Shown here: positions 7,653 through 17,864 of the stretch, one piece after another
How positions within the stretch are numbered: position 1 is the stretch's first letter
Layout of the letters: every line of letters begins with the position of its first letter
Assembly: GCA_045539655.1 (NCBI GenBank)
Contig: JAZQFT010000010.1
Span: forward strand, 10,884-74,883
Direction: 5' to 3'
Length of the DNA: 64,000 nt
Origin: Ruminococcus sp.
GTDB taxonomy: Bacteria > Bacillota > Clostridia > Oscillospirales > Acutalibacteraceae
Notes under the pieces: generated by a model
What the model was told of the DNA's origin: nothing
Databases searched by the model: none
The model's input: the letters and a program-made list of their open reading frames with translations, nothing else
Program-made: the position numbers and the translations under genes

Positions 7653-10001
7653 TTATTCTATGCTCCAAGCTTCTGTTGGGATAGGAGCTTCGGTCGGAAC
7701 GTCTTCAGGAAGAGCAGCTTCTGTTTCTACTGTTGTTTCCACTGTGTCACCTTGTGACTCAGTAGGAGCTGTTGTTTCCTTTTTGTCATCGTCTTTGTCG
7801 TTTTTGTTCTCAGTGGACTTTTCAGACGAAGATTTTTTGCTCGAAGAGGAGCTCGATTTATCTCCTGTGAAGGCGATGTGGTAACCGCCACAGTATTCAG
7901 GCATGGTGTTCTGGGTATAGTAACCTGTGCCTGTGCTGGAACAGCCACTGGACGCCAAAAGACCCGAGCCTTTGCAGTAAGTAGCGGTGATGACATTGTC
8001 AGGCTTGTCAAATTCTTTGTATTCTTTGTCTTCCAGATATTTAGTCATAACCTTGCGCCATGTTGTAGTAGCGGTAGATGTGACGGAGATAGTATCAGGT
8101 GTGTCGTAACCTGTCCATACAGCGAGTGTGCAGTAAGGAGAAGCTCCGACAAACCAAGAGTCCTTGTCGTCATCGGTAGTACCTGTTTTGCCGACGATTT
8201 CCCAGCCTGCGACGTTCGCATTCATAGAATGAGAATGCTGAGATGTGAGCACGTTGTAGCGCAGAACTCGGTTCATTTCGTAAGCAGTCTCAGGAGAGTA
8301 CGCTTCGATAGGGACGTTGTTTCGGTTGTCAAGGATAACAGTGCCGTTCTGGTCTGTCACGTAGTAGTAGGTATATGGCTCATAGAACAGACCGCCGTTG
8401 CCGACGTACTGAATACCAGCAGCCATTTCTCGAACAGTAACGCCGCCTGCCATACCGCCAAGTGACAAAGCACCAAGCGAGCTTGAGTCAGCGTCAGGAT
8501 CGAGATGTTCAAAGCCCATCATATTGACAGCCTGATTGTATGCTGTCTGGGTACCGATGAGCTGCATAGTCTGAACAGTCGCACCGTTTGAGGACCAGCT
8601 GATAGCTTCAGGCATAGTCATGTAACCGTTGTACTTTCCGTATGCGTTGTTAGGACCTGAGTACCACACGCCACCGTCGTAGCGGTATTTTTCGATAGGC
8701 TCGTCGAGCACAAGACTTGAGTAGTTGATGGTTTTTGTTTCTATAGCGATAGGATATACAAACATAGGTTTGATAGCAGAACCCGGCTGAAGCACTGCGT
8801 CGCTCGCTCTGTCAAAGAGCAGGTTGCCGACCTTTTCTTCTGAGCTACCGGTGGTTGCGATAACTCTGCCGTCAAAACCGACCATAGTCATACCGATTTC
8901 AAGCGAGGTGCCGTAATCGTCGTTACAGTGTCTGCCTTCGTATTCGATCATTTCCTGTGTTTCTAAATCCATAGCACAGTAGATTTTGAGACCTTCTGTG
9001 TAGAGCTTGTCAGAAGCTGCGCTTTCGCTGATGTCGTAGTACTTGGCGAGGTCACGCACGAGGTCGTCGTACATCTGGTCGATGTACCAGTTCTGAACGT
9101 CGTTTTCGTCTTCTTCGTCATCGTCATCAGAGCTGGAGTAGTCCACAAACTCGAGGTTTTCGGACTCTTTCATAGCTTTGTCAAATTCTTTTTTTGAGAG
9201 ATATCCCTGATCGTACATCTGGTCAAGCACCAGCTCACGTCGCTGTTTGTTGTTGTCAGGGAAAATGAGTGGATTCCACTGTGACGGGTTCTGGGTGATG
9301 CCCGCGATAGCAGCACATTCACACACAGAGCATTCAGCGATATCTTTGTTGAAGTATAGCTCAGCGGCAGCTTGTACGCCCTGTGCGTTGTTACCAAAGT
9401 TGACGACGTTGAGGTATGCTTCCAGTATATCGTCCTTTGAGTATTCTTTTTCGATATTCAAAGCTCTGAAAATTTCTCGAAGCTTTCGGGTGAGACTCAC
9501 TTCGTTGTCATCGGTGATGTTCTTGATGAGCTGTTGAGTGAGAGTCGAACCACCGTAGTTGTCAGAGCCCGACATCAAACTGAGCACAGCACCGCCGGTA
9601 CGCACCCAGTCGACACCGTTGTGCTCATAAAAACGTTTGTCTTCGATAGCTACGATAGCTTCGCCCATATGCTCAGGCATATCGTCAAGGTCAACCCAGA
9701 TACGGTTTTCTGTACCGTAGAGCTTCTGATACTCAACAAAGTCGCCCGTGTCAGGGTCTTCGATATAGATAAAAGAAGACAGGTTGAGTGAACGAGCGTT
9801 AAGGTCGATACCGGTCGGCTCGGTCGCCAGCTTGAAAATATAGATGCCCATCGAAATAGAAACGATGATGCCGGCACATACTAAAATAGCAAGAACGGTC
9901 TTGACTGTTTTCCACAGACCGTTCACGACAGTGCCCACTCCTGAATTCTTTTTAGTGACTTCAATTTTATCAGTGTATTTACTGATGTCGGTTTTGCGCA
10001 T
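7653..10001 (-). CDS. ponA: Class A penicillin-binding protein (PBP1A; transglycosylase + transpeptidase)
   Basis: IEDKRFYEHNG, GGSTLTQQLIKN, RKLRE, YLN; transpeptidase SAIK, SSN and KTGT motifs; disordered C-terminal tail. Confidence 0.93.
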   Translation of the reverse strand: MRKTDISKYTDKIEVTKKNSGVGTVVNGLWKTVKTVLAILVCAGIIVSISMGIYIFKLATEPTGIDLNARSLNLSSFIYIEDPDTGDFVEYQKLYGTENRIWVDLDDMPEHMGEAIVAIEDKRFYEHNGVDWVRTGGAVLSLMSGSDNYGGSTLTQQLIKNITDDNEVSLTRKLREIFRALNIEKEYSKDDILEAYLNVVNFGNNAQGVQAAAELYFNKDIAECSVCECAAIAGITQNPSQWNPLIFPDNNKQRRELVLDQMYDQGYLSKKEFDKAMKESENLEFVDYSSSDDDDEEDENDVQNWYIDQMYDDLVRDLAKYYDISESAASDKLYTEGLKIYCAMDLETQEMIEYEGRHCNDDYGTSLEIGMTMVGFDGRVIATTGSSEEKVGNLLFDRASDAVLQPGSAIKPMFVYPIAIETKTINYSSLVLDEPIEKYRYDGGVWYSGPNNAYGKYNGYMTMPEAISWSSNGATVQTMQLIGTQTAYNQAVNMMGFEHLDPDADSSSLGALSLGGMAGGVTVREMAAGIQYVGNGGLFYEPYTYYYVTDQNGTVILDNRNNVPIEAYSPETAYEMNRVLRYNVLTSQHSHSMNANVAGWEIVGKTGTTDDDKDSWFVGASPYCTLAVWTGYDTPDTISVTSTATTTWRKVMTKYLEDKEYKEFDKPDNVITATYCKGSGLLASSGCSSTGTGYYTQNTMPEYCGGYHIAFTGDKSSSSSSKKSSSEKSTENKNDKDDDKKETTAPTESQGDTVETTVETEAALPEDVPTEAPIPTEAWSIE

Positions 10002-10170
10002 AATTCCGACCTCCTAATAAAAATACATATAGCCACAATAAGTATATCACTTATCAAGAAAAAAATAAATGCTTTTTTAAAAATTTACATAGATTTTTAT
10101 TTCAACAAAAGCGCAAAAAATATGAATATTACATAAAAATCAGCGAAAAATTAGAATGAGGTGCTGTAAA

Positions 10171-10485
10171 ATGAAAAAGCTGATAATTATTTTTGGCGTT
10201 TTTGCGATAATATGCGTGGTAATCACAGCGGTCGCTGAGCAGAGTGTACTAAGCCTTGAAAGCGAAGTTTTGCCCACTGAGGCTACTGATGCAACACAGA
10301 GTGATTCTTATACACTGAAAAACGAGAACGGAAGAATCGTGGTGTATAGAAATGATGAGCTGCTGATGAAAACCACTACTGCAGTGAGCACCTTGCCTAA
10401 GCGTGACCAGAAAGAACTTTTGTACGGGATAAATGCAAGCTCAAAAGAAGAAATGGAAAAGCTGCTTGAGAGCTACTGTAGCTAA
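10171..10485 (+). CDS. Small secreted protein with BofC C-terminal-like domain
   Basis: Signal peptide; C-terminus ..LPKRDQKELLYGI..SKEEMEKLLESY resembles BofC_C. Start moved to the second ATG after the RBS. Confidence 0.65.
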   Translation: MKKLIIIFGVFAIICVVITAVAEQSVLSLESEVLPTEATDATQSDSYTLKNENGRIVVYRNDELLMKTTTAVSTLPKRDQKELLYGINASSKEEMEKLLESYCS

Positions 10486-10514
10486 AAAAGCAGGCTGATA
10501 AGCCTGCTTTTTTT
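10486..10514. terminator. Bidirectional terminator
   Basis: AAAAAGCAGGCT-gata-AGCCTGCTTTTT between convergent genes. Confidence 0.8.
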
Positions 10515-10521
10515 GTGTGTA

Positions 10522-12390
10522 TTAGTATGTCAGACCGCTTTGAATTTCCTTTATAAAGAAGTTCTCGTAGTCTTTATAAAAGCCTGTATCAAGTGAGAAA
10601 ACGACATAGTGGTTTCTGATGTTGGTGGTGAAGGTTTTGTATCCGTCTTGCTCAGTTATTCTGAGTGCCGAAGACTTTTTGCCCAAAGCTGAGTACACAT
10701 AACAGTCGCCTTTGAAATCCGACGGGATAGCGTAGGTGGTGAGTGGCTTTATCGGAATAGCTTTTGTCAGCTGGCGGCTGGCTTTTGTTTGTGTAACACC
10801 CTCAAGCTCAAGGGTTTCAAGGTCAATACCGCTGGAGTTATCGAAAGTGTGACCTATCGGATAAATATCCGAAGCACCTGTATAAATATTTTCACCATTT
10901 GGCAAAAACTGTGAGTAGGATACAGTCCAATCGCCGCTTTCTATAGTGCCATAGTCAGGGGTTCCTATCAGCGTTCCGACCGCTGTTTCAGGAATGACTC
11001 TGCCGTATTTTACGACTGAAATAGTGTGGTTATCTCTGTCAATAACAAAGTTAGAGAAGGAGTTGATTCCGACTAACCCCAAGAAAGTGTAGCCGTATGA
11101 AAGGCTGTTTTTCACGCCTACTGTGTTGCAGTAGTTGTCAGAGTGGGTGTGACCTGAGATAAAGGCGATGACCTCACCACAGCCTTTTTTGCTATAGTCA
11201 ATATCGACGCTGACGTTGAAGTCGTCTTTGTTGTCTTTGCTTGTCATTGGAAGATATGTGTTGCCCGATGCTTTGAAAGAAGTTCCTTTTCTGTATGCTG
11301 AGATAATGCTGAGCATATATTCGTGACCACGGATGAGTGCGCTCATACCGCCGAAACGTTCACCTTCCAAGTTGGAAGTGTCAAGCGGAACATGGCTCAA
11401 AAACAGTGCTGCCCACTGTGAAGGGTCTTCTTTGTCTTCAAAAAGCAGTGCTTTTGCTACGAAATCGAGCTGTGCGTCGCTGAATCCATGTCCTAAATAG
11501 CTGCTGTAGCGGTAGATTGAGTCATCATCCAGAATGTACGGAATATCACAACTGTTGAGCATAAACACACGGATTTTGGAGTCTTCGTGGTCGTAGTAGC
11601 CATAGCCACCGTAAGGGTTGCTTTCATCCATAACAAAGTTGTCGCTGCGGTCTTTTAAGGCTATGTCGTACCACTCTTTGTCGTTGATTATTTCATCTTT
11701 TTTGTATGTGCCGCCGTATCCTCCTTGTGAATACCAGCCGTTGTCGTCGTGGTTTCCACGCACAAAAAATACATCGCTGTCACACGCATTGTGAGTGGCT
11801 TCAATAAGCTCTTTCATATTGATTATAGTGTAGGACTTTTCTGTATTTCCGTTTATAATATCACCGAGATTTGCGACAAGGTCAATGTCAGTGACGGTTT
11901 GTAAATCACCCATAGTGTTTATAGCAGCCAGTTTTTTGGTGTCGAATGGAACTGCTTTATCGTAGTGGGTGTCAGCCATAAGAGATAAAGTCAGAGTGTC
12001 GTCACTTTGATACTTTTTGATTTTTTGAGAAAGCTCCAGCGTGTCATCATCAACAGTCGGCTCTTGTGTCGGTACTTGTGTGGGAGTCGGCTGATCATAT
12101 GTAGATGGTGCAAATTCTGTGATGATTTCTGCAAGATATCGCTGGATGGTTGTTGCATCAATTATTGTGATACTATCGTTAAAGTCCGTGTCAGCAGCAC
12201 TGAGCTGTTGAGCAGTGAACTCCAAAAGCTCGGAAATATAAAACTGAATATATGTTGCGTCAACGATCGTGATGCGGTCGTCCAGGTCGGTATCTCCAAT
12301 TTTATATTCCCCTGCCGATGTGCCGTGTGCAGGTATAGATAAGGACAAGCACGTAAGTGCTATCAGTATTATACATATAAGTTTTTTCAT
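10522..12390 (-). CDS. Secreted dockerin + calcineurin-like metallophosphoesterase
   Basis: Signal peptide; duplicated EF-hand dockerin (GDTDLDDRITIVDATYIQ / ADTDFNDSITIIDATTIQ); PT linker; ADTH, GDIING, GNHD, SHVP and GHTH metal motifs. Confidence 0.88.
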   Translation of the reverse strand: MKKLICIILIALTCLSLSIPAHGTSAGEYKIGDTDLDDRITIVDATYIQFYISELLEFTAQQLSAADTDFNDSITIIDATTIQRYLAEIITEFAPSTYDQPTPTQVPTQEPTVDDDTLELSQKIKKYQSDDTLTLSLMADTHYDKAVPFDTKKLAAINTMGDLQTVTDIDLVANLGDIINGNTEKSYTIINMKELIEATHNACDSDVFFVRGNHDDNGWYSQGGYGGTYKKDEIINDKEWYDIALKDRSDNFVMDESNPYGGYGYYDHEDSKIRVFMLNSCDIPYILDDDSIYRYSSYLGHGFSDAQLDFVAKALLFEDKEDPSQWAALFLSHVPLDTSNLEGERFGGMSALIRGHEYMLSIISAYRKGTSFKASGNTYLPMTSKDNKDDFNVSVDIDYSKKGCGEVIAFISGHTHSDNYCNTVGVKNSLSYGYTFLGLVGINSFSNFVIDRDNHTISVVKYGRVIPETAVGTLIGTPDYGTIESGDWTVSYSQFLPNGENIYTGASDIYPIGHTFDNSSGIDLETLELEGVTQTKASRQLTKAIPIKPLTTYAIPSDFKGDCYVYSALGKKSSALRITEQDGYKTFTTNIRNHYVVFSLDTGFYKDYENFFIKEIQSGLTY

Positions 12391-12641
12391 TTGAACACCT
12401 ACCAGTTCAATCTGGTTTGATATAGTAATATTATAAATGGCAACAAATTATTGTCAAGGTGTTCAAGGATCTGATAATTGTGTTTGAGGAGTATGCTTTT
12501 TTTGCTATTTACTTACCTTTATTTGCTTTTATATATACTTTGAATTGAAATAAAAATAGTTTTGATATAATATTAGAATGATGTTTTGTGAGCATACTGA
12601 TGTGTGCTCAAAAATCAAATTTGTTTTTAGGAGAAATGAAA

Positions 12642-14558
12642 ATGAAAAAAATGAGCAAAAGAATGCTCAGCCTCTTGCTGTCACTCGTTATTTTAGCGAG
12701 CCTTTGTACAGTAGTACTCACAGCGAATGCGGCTGACACAGCAATCACTGTTTACTTCAAGAACACAAAAGGCTGGAGCACAGTCAATGCCTATGTATGG
12801 CCTAAGGGCGGCGAGGGTGCTGTTAAGTGGCCTGGCTCAGCTATGACAAGCCTCGGCGACAACATCTTTTCTTTTGAAGTTCCTGCTGGCAACGATATGA
12901 TTATCTTCAACGGCAACAGCCAGCAGACAGACGACCTCACTATCCCTGGTGACAACTACATTTATGACGGAACAAAGTGGGACATATATGACATATCTTC
13001 TGTTGAACCTGTCATCACTGTTTCTAAGAAAGACGGCTCTTCTTTCAAGTCTGATACACTCGACGTTACTGTAACAGTCAGCTACGCTGATTCTGCTACA
13101 TACTCAGTTGACGGTAAAGCTGCTGTTGCTTTCACTGACTCTGCTGTTGTAACAGTAGGTAGCGGAATTGCTGTTGGTGCTACAACTACACTCACAGTCA
13201 CTGCTACAAACAGCAACGGCACTATTACACAGACATATACATACACAAAGAAAGAGGCAGGAGTTATCGATGGTGACGGTTCCACATCACCTGCACTCGA
13301 CGGCTACTATGCTACTAACCCTGACGGTCAGGTTGGTAAGCAGGCTTCTATCTCAATCGACGGTTCTATCTCTGATTGGGACAGCTCAATGCTCATCGCA
13401 CAGGGCGTTGCTAATGATGACCCACGTGTATATCGTGACAGCTCAATGCACGAGATTCCTGTTGATGACTATGCTCTGTATGCAGCATGGGACAACTCTA
13501 ACCTCTATCTCATGTGGGAAATGGCTAACGTTCAGGACTCAGTAGCTCCTGCTGATGACTTCCCACTCACACAGGGCAACCTGTGGATTTACAACCTCCC
13601 ATTCTTCCTTTATCTGAGCGTTGACCCTGAAATTGAGGGTGACGGTACTGTTGAATCAGGCGGTACAGTATGGGATACAGGTACAACAATCGACGCTAAT
13701 ATCGACACAGTAATCGCATATTCTACAAATGCTTCTAACGGTCCTTTCGTTTACAAAGCAAACGACGAGGGCAAAATCGTGTATGACGATACAAAGTATT
13801 CTGCAATCAAGCTCGCTTATGGTAACGACACTATCTCAACAGAGCTCTGGGGCGTTGACAAGGGTCACGGCTCTTACAACAACCGTGTAGCAGGCGACAC
13901 ACTCGATTCTTCAAGCAAATGGGTTAATTTCTACGAAGCTGGTATGAAGCACAGCAAAAAGATAGATATGTTCTATGAGATGTCTATTCCGCTCGACTTG
14001 CTCGGCATTTCTGCTAGTGAGCTCACAAGCAACGGTATCGGCGTCATGAAGATATCTACTTTCGGTACTTCTGCTATGAACACACTTCCAGCTGACCCTT
14101 CAACATGGGACAACGCTGCACAAGAGTATTCAAAAGACCCTTCAAGCTCAATGGAGAAAGAAGACTCTGACCATATCACAGTTCCTCTTGCTAGAATTGG
14201 TAAGGCACTTGAAGGTGGCATAACTCCTACTCCAAAGCCAACTGTTCCAACTCCAACAGTTCCTCAGCCAACTGAACCTCAGCCAACTGAACCTCAACCG
14301 ACTGAAGCTCCTCAGCCGTCAACTCCTGAGGGTGGCTCATCATATATGATCGGCGACTCTGACGGTAACGGCAAAATCGCTGTTGTTGACGCAACAGCTA
14401 TCCAGAGAGTTCTCGCTGACATCGTGACAGAAGATGAAATCGACGCAAAAGCAGCTGACTGCAACAAGAACGGTAAGCTCGAAATCGTCGATGCTACTCT
14501 TATCCAGAGATATCTCGCTGAATACGAAGATCTATACGGCATCGGAACAATGAGATAA
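12642..14558 (+). CDS. Starch-granule adhesion protein CBM26-Ig-like-CBM74-dockerin (R. bromii Sas6-like)
   Basis: Signal peptide; CBM26 (VYFKNTKGWSTVNAYVW..WPG..M); CBM74 signature (YYATNPDGQVGK..IDG..SDW..MLIAQGVANDDPRVYR..SMHE..DDYALYAAWD); PTEPQ linker; C-terminal dockerin. Start placed 8 nt after AGGAG. Confidence 0.85.
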   Translation: MKKMSKRMLSLLLSLVILASLCTVVLTANAADTAITVYFKNTKGWSTVNAYVWPKGGEGAVKWPGSAMTSLGDNIFSFEVPAGNDMIIFNGNSQQTDDLTIPGDNYIYDGTKWDIYDISSVEPVITVSKKDGSSFKSDTLDVTVTVSYADSATYSVDGKAAVAFTDSAVVTVGSGIAVGATTTLTVTATNSNGTITQTYTYTKKEAGVIDGDGSTSPALDGYYATNPDGQVGKQASISIDGSISDWDSSMLIAQGVANDDPRVYRDSSMHEIPVDDYALYAAWDNSNLYLMWEMANVQDSVAPADDFPLTQGNLWIYNLPFFLYLSVDPEIEGDGTVESGGTVWDTGTTIDANIDTVIAYSTNASNGPFVYKANDEGKIVYDDTKYSAIKLAYGNDTISTELWGVDKGHGSYNNRVAGDTLDSSSKWVNFYEAGMKHSKKIDMFYEMSIPLDLLGISASELTSNGIGVMKISTFGTSAMNTLPADPSTWDNAAQEYSKDPSSSMEKEDSDHITVPLARIGKALEGGITPTPKPTVPTPTVPQPTEPQPTEPQPTEAPQPSTPEGGSSYMIGDSDGNGKIAVVDATAIQRVLADIVTEDEIDAKAADCNKNGKLEIVDATLIQRYLAEYEDLYGIGTMR

Positions 14559-14708
14559 TTAAGTCAAGATATAAAAATGCCCCAAGTGATGAGCTTGGGG
14601 CTTTTATTTTTTTGAACGTAAAAGTTTTGTCTGCAGATAGCTTTGAGCACATTTTTACACAGCAAGGGGCTACCCACACGGGTAGCCCCTTTTTATAGTT
14701 AAAGATTC

Positions 14709-14900
14709 TTACTTTAAGCTGTTTTCGTAAGACTGGATCATCTTTTTAACCATCTGGCCGCCGACTGAGCCTGCCTGACGTGCAGTGATGTCACCGTTGT
14801 AGCCCTGCTTGAGGTTTACGCCTACTTCCTGAGCAGCTTCCATCTTGAAACGCTCCAAAGCTTCTTTAGCTTCTGGAACGACGATAGAGTTCTTTGACAT
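14709..14900 (-). CDS. Alpha/beta-type small acid-soluble spore protein
   Basis: VPEAKEALERFKMEAAQEVGV..GYNGDITARQAGSVGGQMVKKMI is the SASP signature. Confidence 0.95.
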   Translation of the reverse strand: MSKNSIVVPEAKEALERFKMEAAQEVGVNLKQGYNGDITARQAGSVGGQMVKKMIQSYENSLK

Positions 14901-15114
14901 AGTTTTCTTCTCCTTTTCCTATTATTTTTGCATAAAATATTTTATAGATAAACAACGAAAAAGAAATCACTTTGACGTTGTAATAGTATTTTATGAAAAA
15001 CACTTTTTCTTATGAGAAGAAATTTTTGTTATCTTAAATCATAGATACTAAAGTTTTTTTGTTTTGACATAAACAGTACAACAGATGAGTATGCTTTTGC
15101 ATTTGAATTGAATT

Positions 15115-17676
15115 TTAGTTTAAGTCGATAGAAAACTGACTACGCTGTGTACCGTAGCAGTCGTGTTCTACTGAATAATATCGTACAGTCAGGTGGTTAC
15201 CGTTGTTTGAGAAATAGAACATAGCTACCATAGCTGATGGTTCATAAAAAGCGTCTATTCCTTGTGGGTCAATCAACATCTGGGTAACGGTGTTTGAGTG
15301 CTCGCCTTTATCCTGACGATACACCACGTGCTGGCATGGGTCGTGGCCTGAGAGCACCATCTGGATATTAGGATGTTTACAGACAAACTGTTCCCACATC
15401 TTGTCGCCATCCAGACTAGGTTTGGTTGCTTGTTCATCTTTGCGATCCTTGAGCGGATATTTCGATGCACAATAAGCGTCACCCACATCTAGTGTAGTGC
15501 CATCACGATACATATATCCGTGTGTGATTATGATTACACGATGATCAGGATGCGCCTCAATAACTGAATCTGCCCACGAAAGCATCTGTGCGTTAGGACC
15601 AAAATCAAGGGTGATAAATAAATAGTCGATACCGCAGATGTTAATGGTGCGGTAAGCATTGCTCACATCACCTTCGGTCATAACTCCTGTTAGCTGTTGG
15701 TTGTAAATTCCATCGTTGAATGTTTTGTTGTATCCTGCGGTGACTACGCCGTTTTCTACTGTGTCATAGTCATGGTTACCACGAGAAAGCAAATAAGGAA
15801 TGTTACCGTTGAGTTTGTAAATCTGTTCTTTGGCATGCTCCCATTCGTAAGCATAACTTTTTTGTGTAATGTCGCCCAGACCGAGAACATATTCTATTTT
15901 CTGTGACTGCTTGTTTTCAACAAGCCATTCATACAAACGGGTGAATGCCTGAGGTTCATCTTCTGACAACTCCTGTGTATCGCCCAAAACAGCAAAGGAG
16001 AAGTCGTACTCACCGATCGGCTCGATTTCGTTTTTGTTTAGCCATAGCTTTTCGGTGGTCAGATGGTTAGCTTTTGAGGATAAATCATTTTTAAGACAAG
16101 CGTTGCAGCGTGTCATATCGTAATATGCCGCCAATGCCTTGTCAGAGGTGTCAATTCCCACAGTAGCATCGAAGTTCACTTCTTCTTTTGTGCGTATGTC
16201 AGTCCACACAGACAGACTGTGTAATTGTCCTATAAAGTGGTTAGGGTTAGAGTCGTAATAATCGCCGGCAACAACGTAACGATAAGTTGGAGTGAATGGG
16301 GCTTTAACTGCTTTAGGAATGCTATTGATTGTTTGTTTCAATTCGCCGTTTATGTAGCAGTTGGCCTTGTTATTTGCATGATCAAGCGTGATAGCAAGAT
16401 GAACAGGCTTGAGAGAGAACACATTCACCTTATCAAACACAATGTGGCTTGCTTTGCGATATACATCACGCTCTCTTAAAATGAGCTTAGGGTTGCCGTG
16501 TTCGGTGACAGAAAAAACCACACACTTTTCATAAGTGTCATCGTTACTGAACAACACTGTTTCTTTATAGTCGGTATATCGGTCTAAGGTGAGCATTTTA
16601 TTCTCACGAATATCGTCTTCAGTCAGGCTGAACACTGCTTCAAAAGTCAGCGGCATACTGCTCAGTTGCTTTGTCTGGGTGAATAAGGTTTTGTCTTCAA
16701 AATATGTGCCTCCATCTTTTTCTTTGCAGTCATTGCAGGTGACATCGGCTGTTTGAAGCAAAGCGCTGAAAGTAACGGTTTTTGATTTTAGCTCTTTACC
16801 ATATTTATCAGTAACTACGCAATAAACCTGTCTGCCGTGTCGGCTGGCAGTCATCTCTATTTTGTAGGTGTTTCCCTTAAATGTAGAGGTTTTTGCAAAA
16901 GACTTTGCTCCTGCATTTTTGTAGTACCAGGAGTATGTCAGTCCTTCGCCGCTTGCACCAACACTCACTTTTGCTTCGTCGCCTACATAAGCAGAAACAC
17001 TGGTGGGTTGTTTTGTGATTTTTGGTGTTTTACGTAAAGACAGGGTGACAGCCTTGGTTTTTACTGTCTTGCCGTATTTATCGGTGATTTTGCAATAAAT
17101 CTGTCTGCCATGACGGGAAGAGTTCATCTTCACCTGATACGCACTGCCTTTGAATGTGGTGGTCTTAGAAAAAGAAGAAGCTCCTGAGTCTTTATAATAC
17201 CATGAATATTTCAGACCAAAGCCACTTGCTTTGACAGTGACTTTTGTGGTATTACCACTATATGCCGAAGCGTTCACAGGCTGTTTCATGATTTTTAGTG
17301 TCTTACGCATAGACAAAGTGACAGTTTTGGTTTTCACTGTATTGCCGTACTTATCGGTTATCTTGCAATACACTTGTCTGCCGTGACGTGAAGTGTTCAT
17401 TTCCACCTGATAGGTGTTGCCCTTGAACGTGTTTGTCTTAGCAAAAGAAGATTTGCCTGCGTCACGATAATACCAGGAATATTTCAGTCCTTTGCCGGTT
17501 GCTGTAACGGTTGCTTTAGCTACCTGACCGCTATATACCGTAACAGAAGAAGGCTGTTTGGTAATGGATACAGTTTTTTGCGCAGCAGCAACAGGTGTCT
17601 GTGATATCAGGCTGACTGATAACAGTAACACTGCTGTCAGAACAACAGCTGTAAATACACGCAATTTGTGTCTCAC
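15115..17676 (-). CDS. Secreted protein: 3x Ig-like repeats + LamG/ConA-like lectin + metallophosphoesterase
   Basis: Signal peptide; three (I/M)TKQP..YSWYY..GRQ(V/I)YC repeats; VHLAITLD..CYING LamG motif; GDTQ, GD, GNHD, THGY and SGHD motifs. Confidence 0.82.
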   Translation of the reverse strand: MRHKLRVFTAVVLTAVLLLSVSLISQTPVAAAQKTVSITKQPSSVTVYSGQVAKATVTATGKGLKYSWYYRDAGKSSFAKTNTFKGNTYQVEMNTSRHGRQVYCKITDKYGNTVKTKTVTLSMRKTLKIMKQPVNASAYSGNTTKVTVKASGFGLKYSWYYKDSGASSFSKTTTFKGSAYQVKMNSSRHGRQIYCKITDKYGKTVKTKAVTLSLRKTPKITKQPTSVSAYVGDEAKVSVGASGEGLTYSWYYKNAGAKSFAKTSTFKGNTYKIEMTASRHGRQVYCVVTDKYGKELKSKTVTFSALLQTADVTCNDCKEKDGGTYFEDKTLFTQTKQLSSMPLTFEAVFSLTEDDIRENKMLTLDRYTDYKETVLFSNDDTYEKCVVFSVTEHGNPKLILRERDVYRKASHIVFDKVNVFSLKPVHLAITLDHANNKANCYINGELKQTINSIPKAVKAPFTPTYRYVVAGDYYDSNPNHFIGQLHSLSVWTDIRTKEEVNFDATVGIDTSDKALAAYYDMTRCNACLKNDLSSKANHLTTEKLWLNKNEIEPIGEYDFSFAVLGDTQELSEDEPQAFTRLYEWLVENKQSQKIEYVLGLGDITQKSYAYEWEHAKEQIYKLNGNIPYLLSRGNHDYDTVENGVVTAGYNKTFNDGIYNQQLTGVMTEGDVSNAYRTINICGIDYLFITLDFGPNAQMLSWADSVIEAHPDHRVIIITHGYMYRDGTTLDVGDAYCASKYPLKDRKDEQATKPSLDGDKMWEQFVCKHPNIQMVLSGHDPCQHVVYRQDKGEHSNTVTQMLIDPQGIDAFYEPSAMVAMFYFSNNGNHLTVRYYSVEHDCYGTQRSQFSIDLN
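16760..17580. repeat. Three tandem ~270-bp intragenic repeats (Ig-like domains)
   Basis: Near-identical DNA units, e.g. ...ctgtctgccgtg/atg... and ...ttttgcaataaat/cac..., seen three times. Boundaries approximate. Confidence 0.75.
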
Positions 17677-17864
17677 ACAATCACTCCTTTTACTTAATAG
17701 AAAGTATCTTGAACATATTTATTATACCATATTGAAATTGTACAAGCAATACTCAAGAACATTGCTAAAACACCTTGCAATATTTTGTGTTAATGGTACA
17801 ATATATGTAATAGCGTGTGCTTATCGCTATGCCTTGATTTTAGAACAAGAAAGGAAGCAATAAT

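Noticed and set aside
7622-7653. Lysine riboswitch or T-box upstream of hom-lysC
   Set aside because: Only 30 nt separate hom from the PBP gene, leaving no room for such a leader.
14230-14320. Short tandem repeats (ccaactgaacctca...)
   Set aside because: They encode the PTEPQ/PTVP linker before the dockerin; not CRISPR and no spacers.
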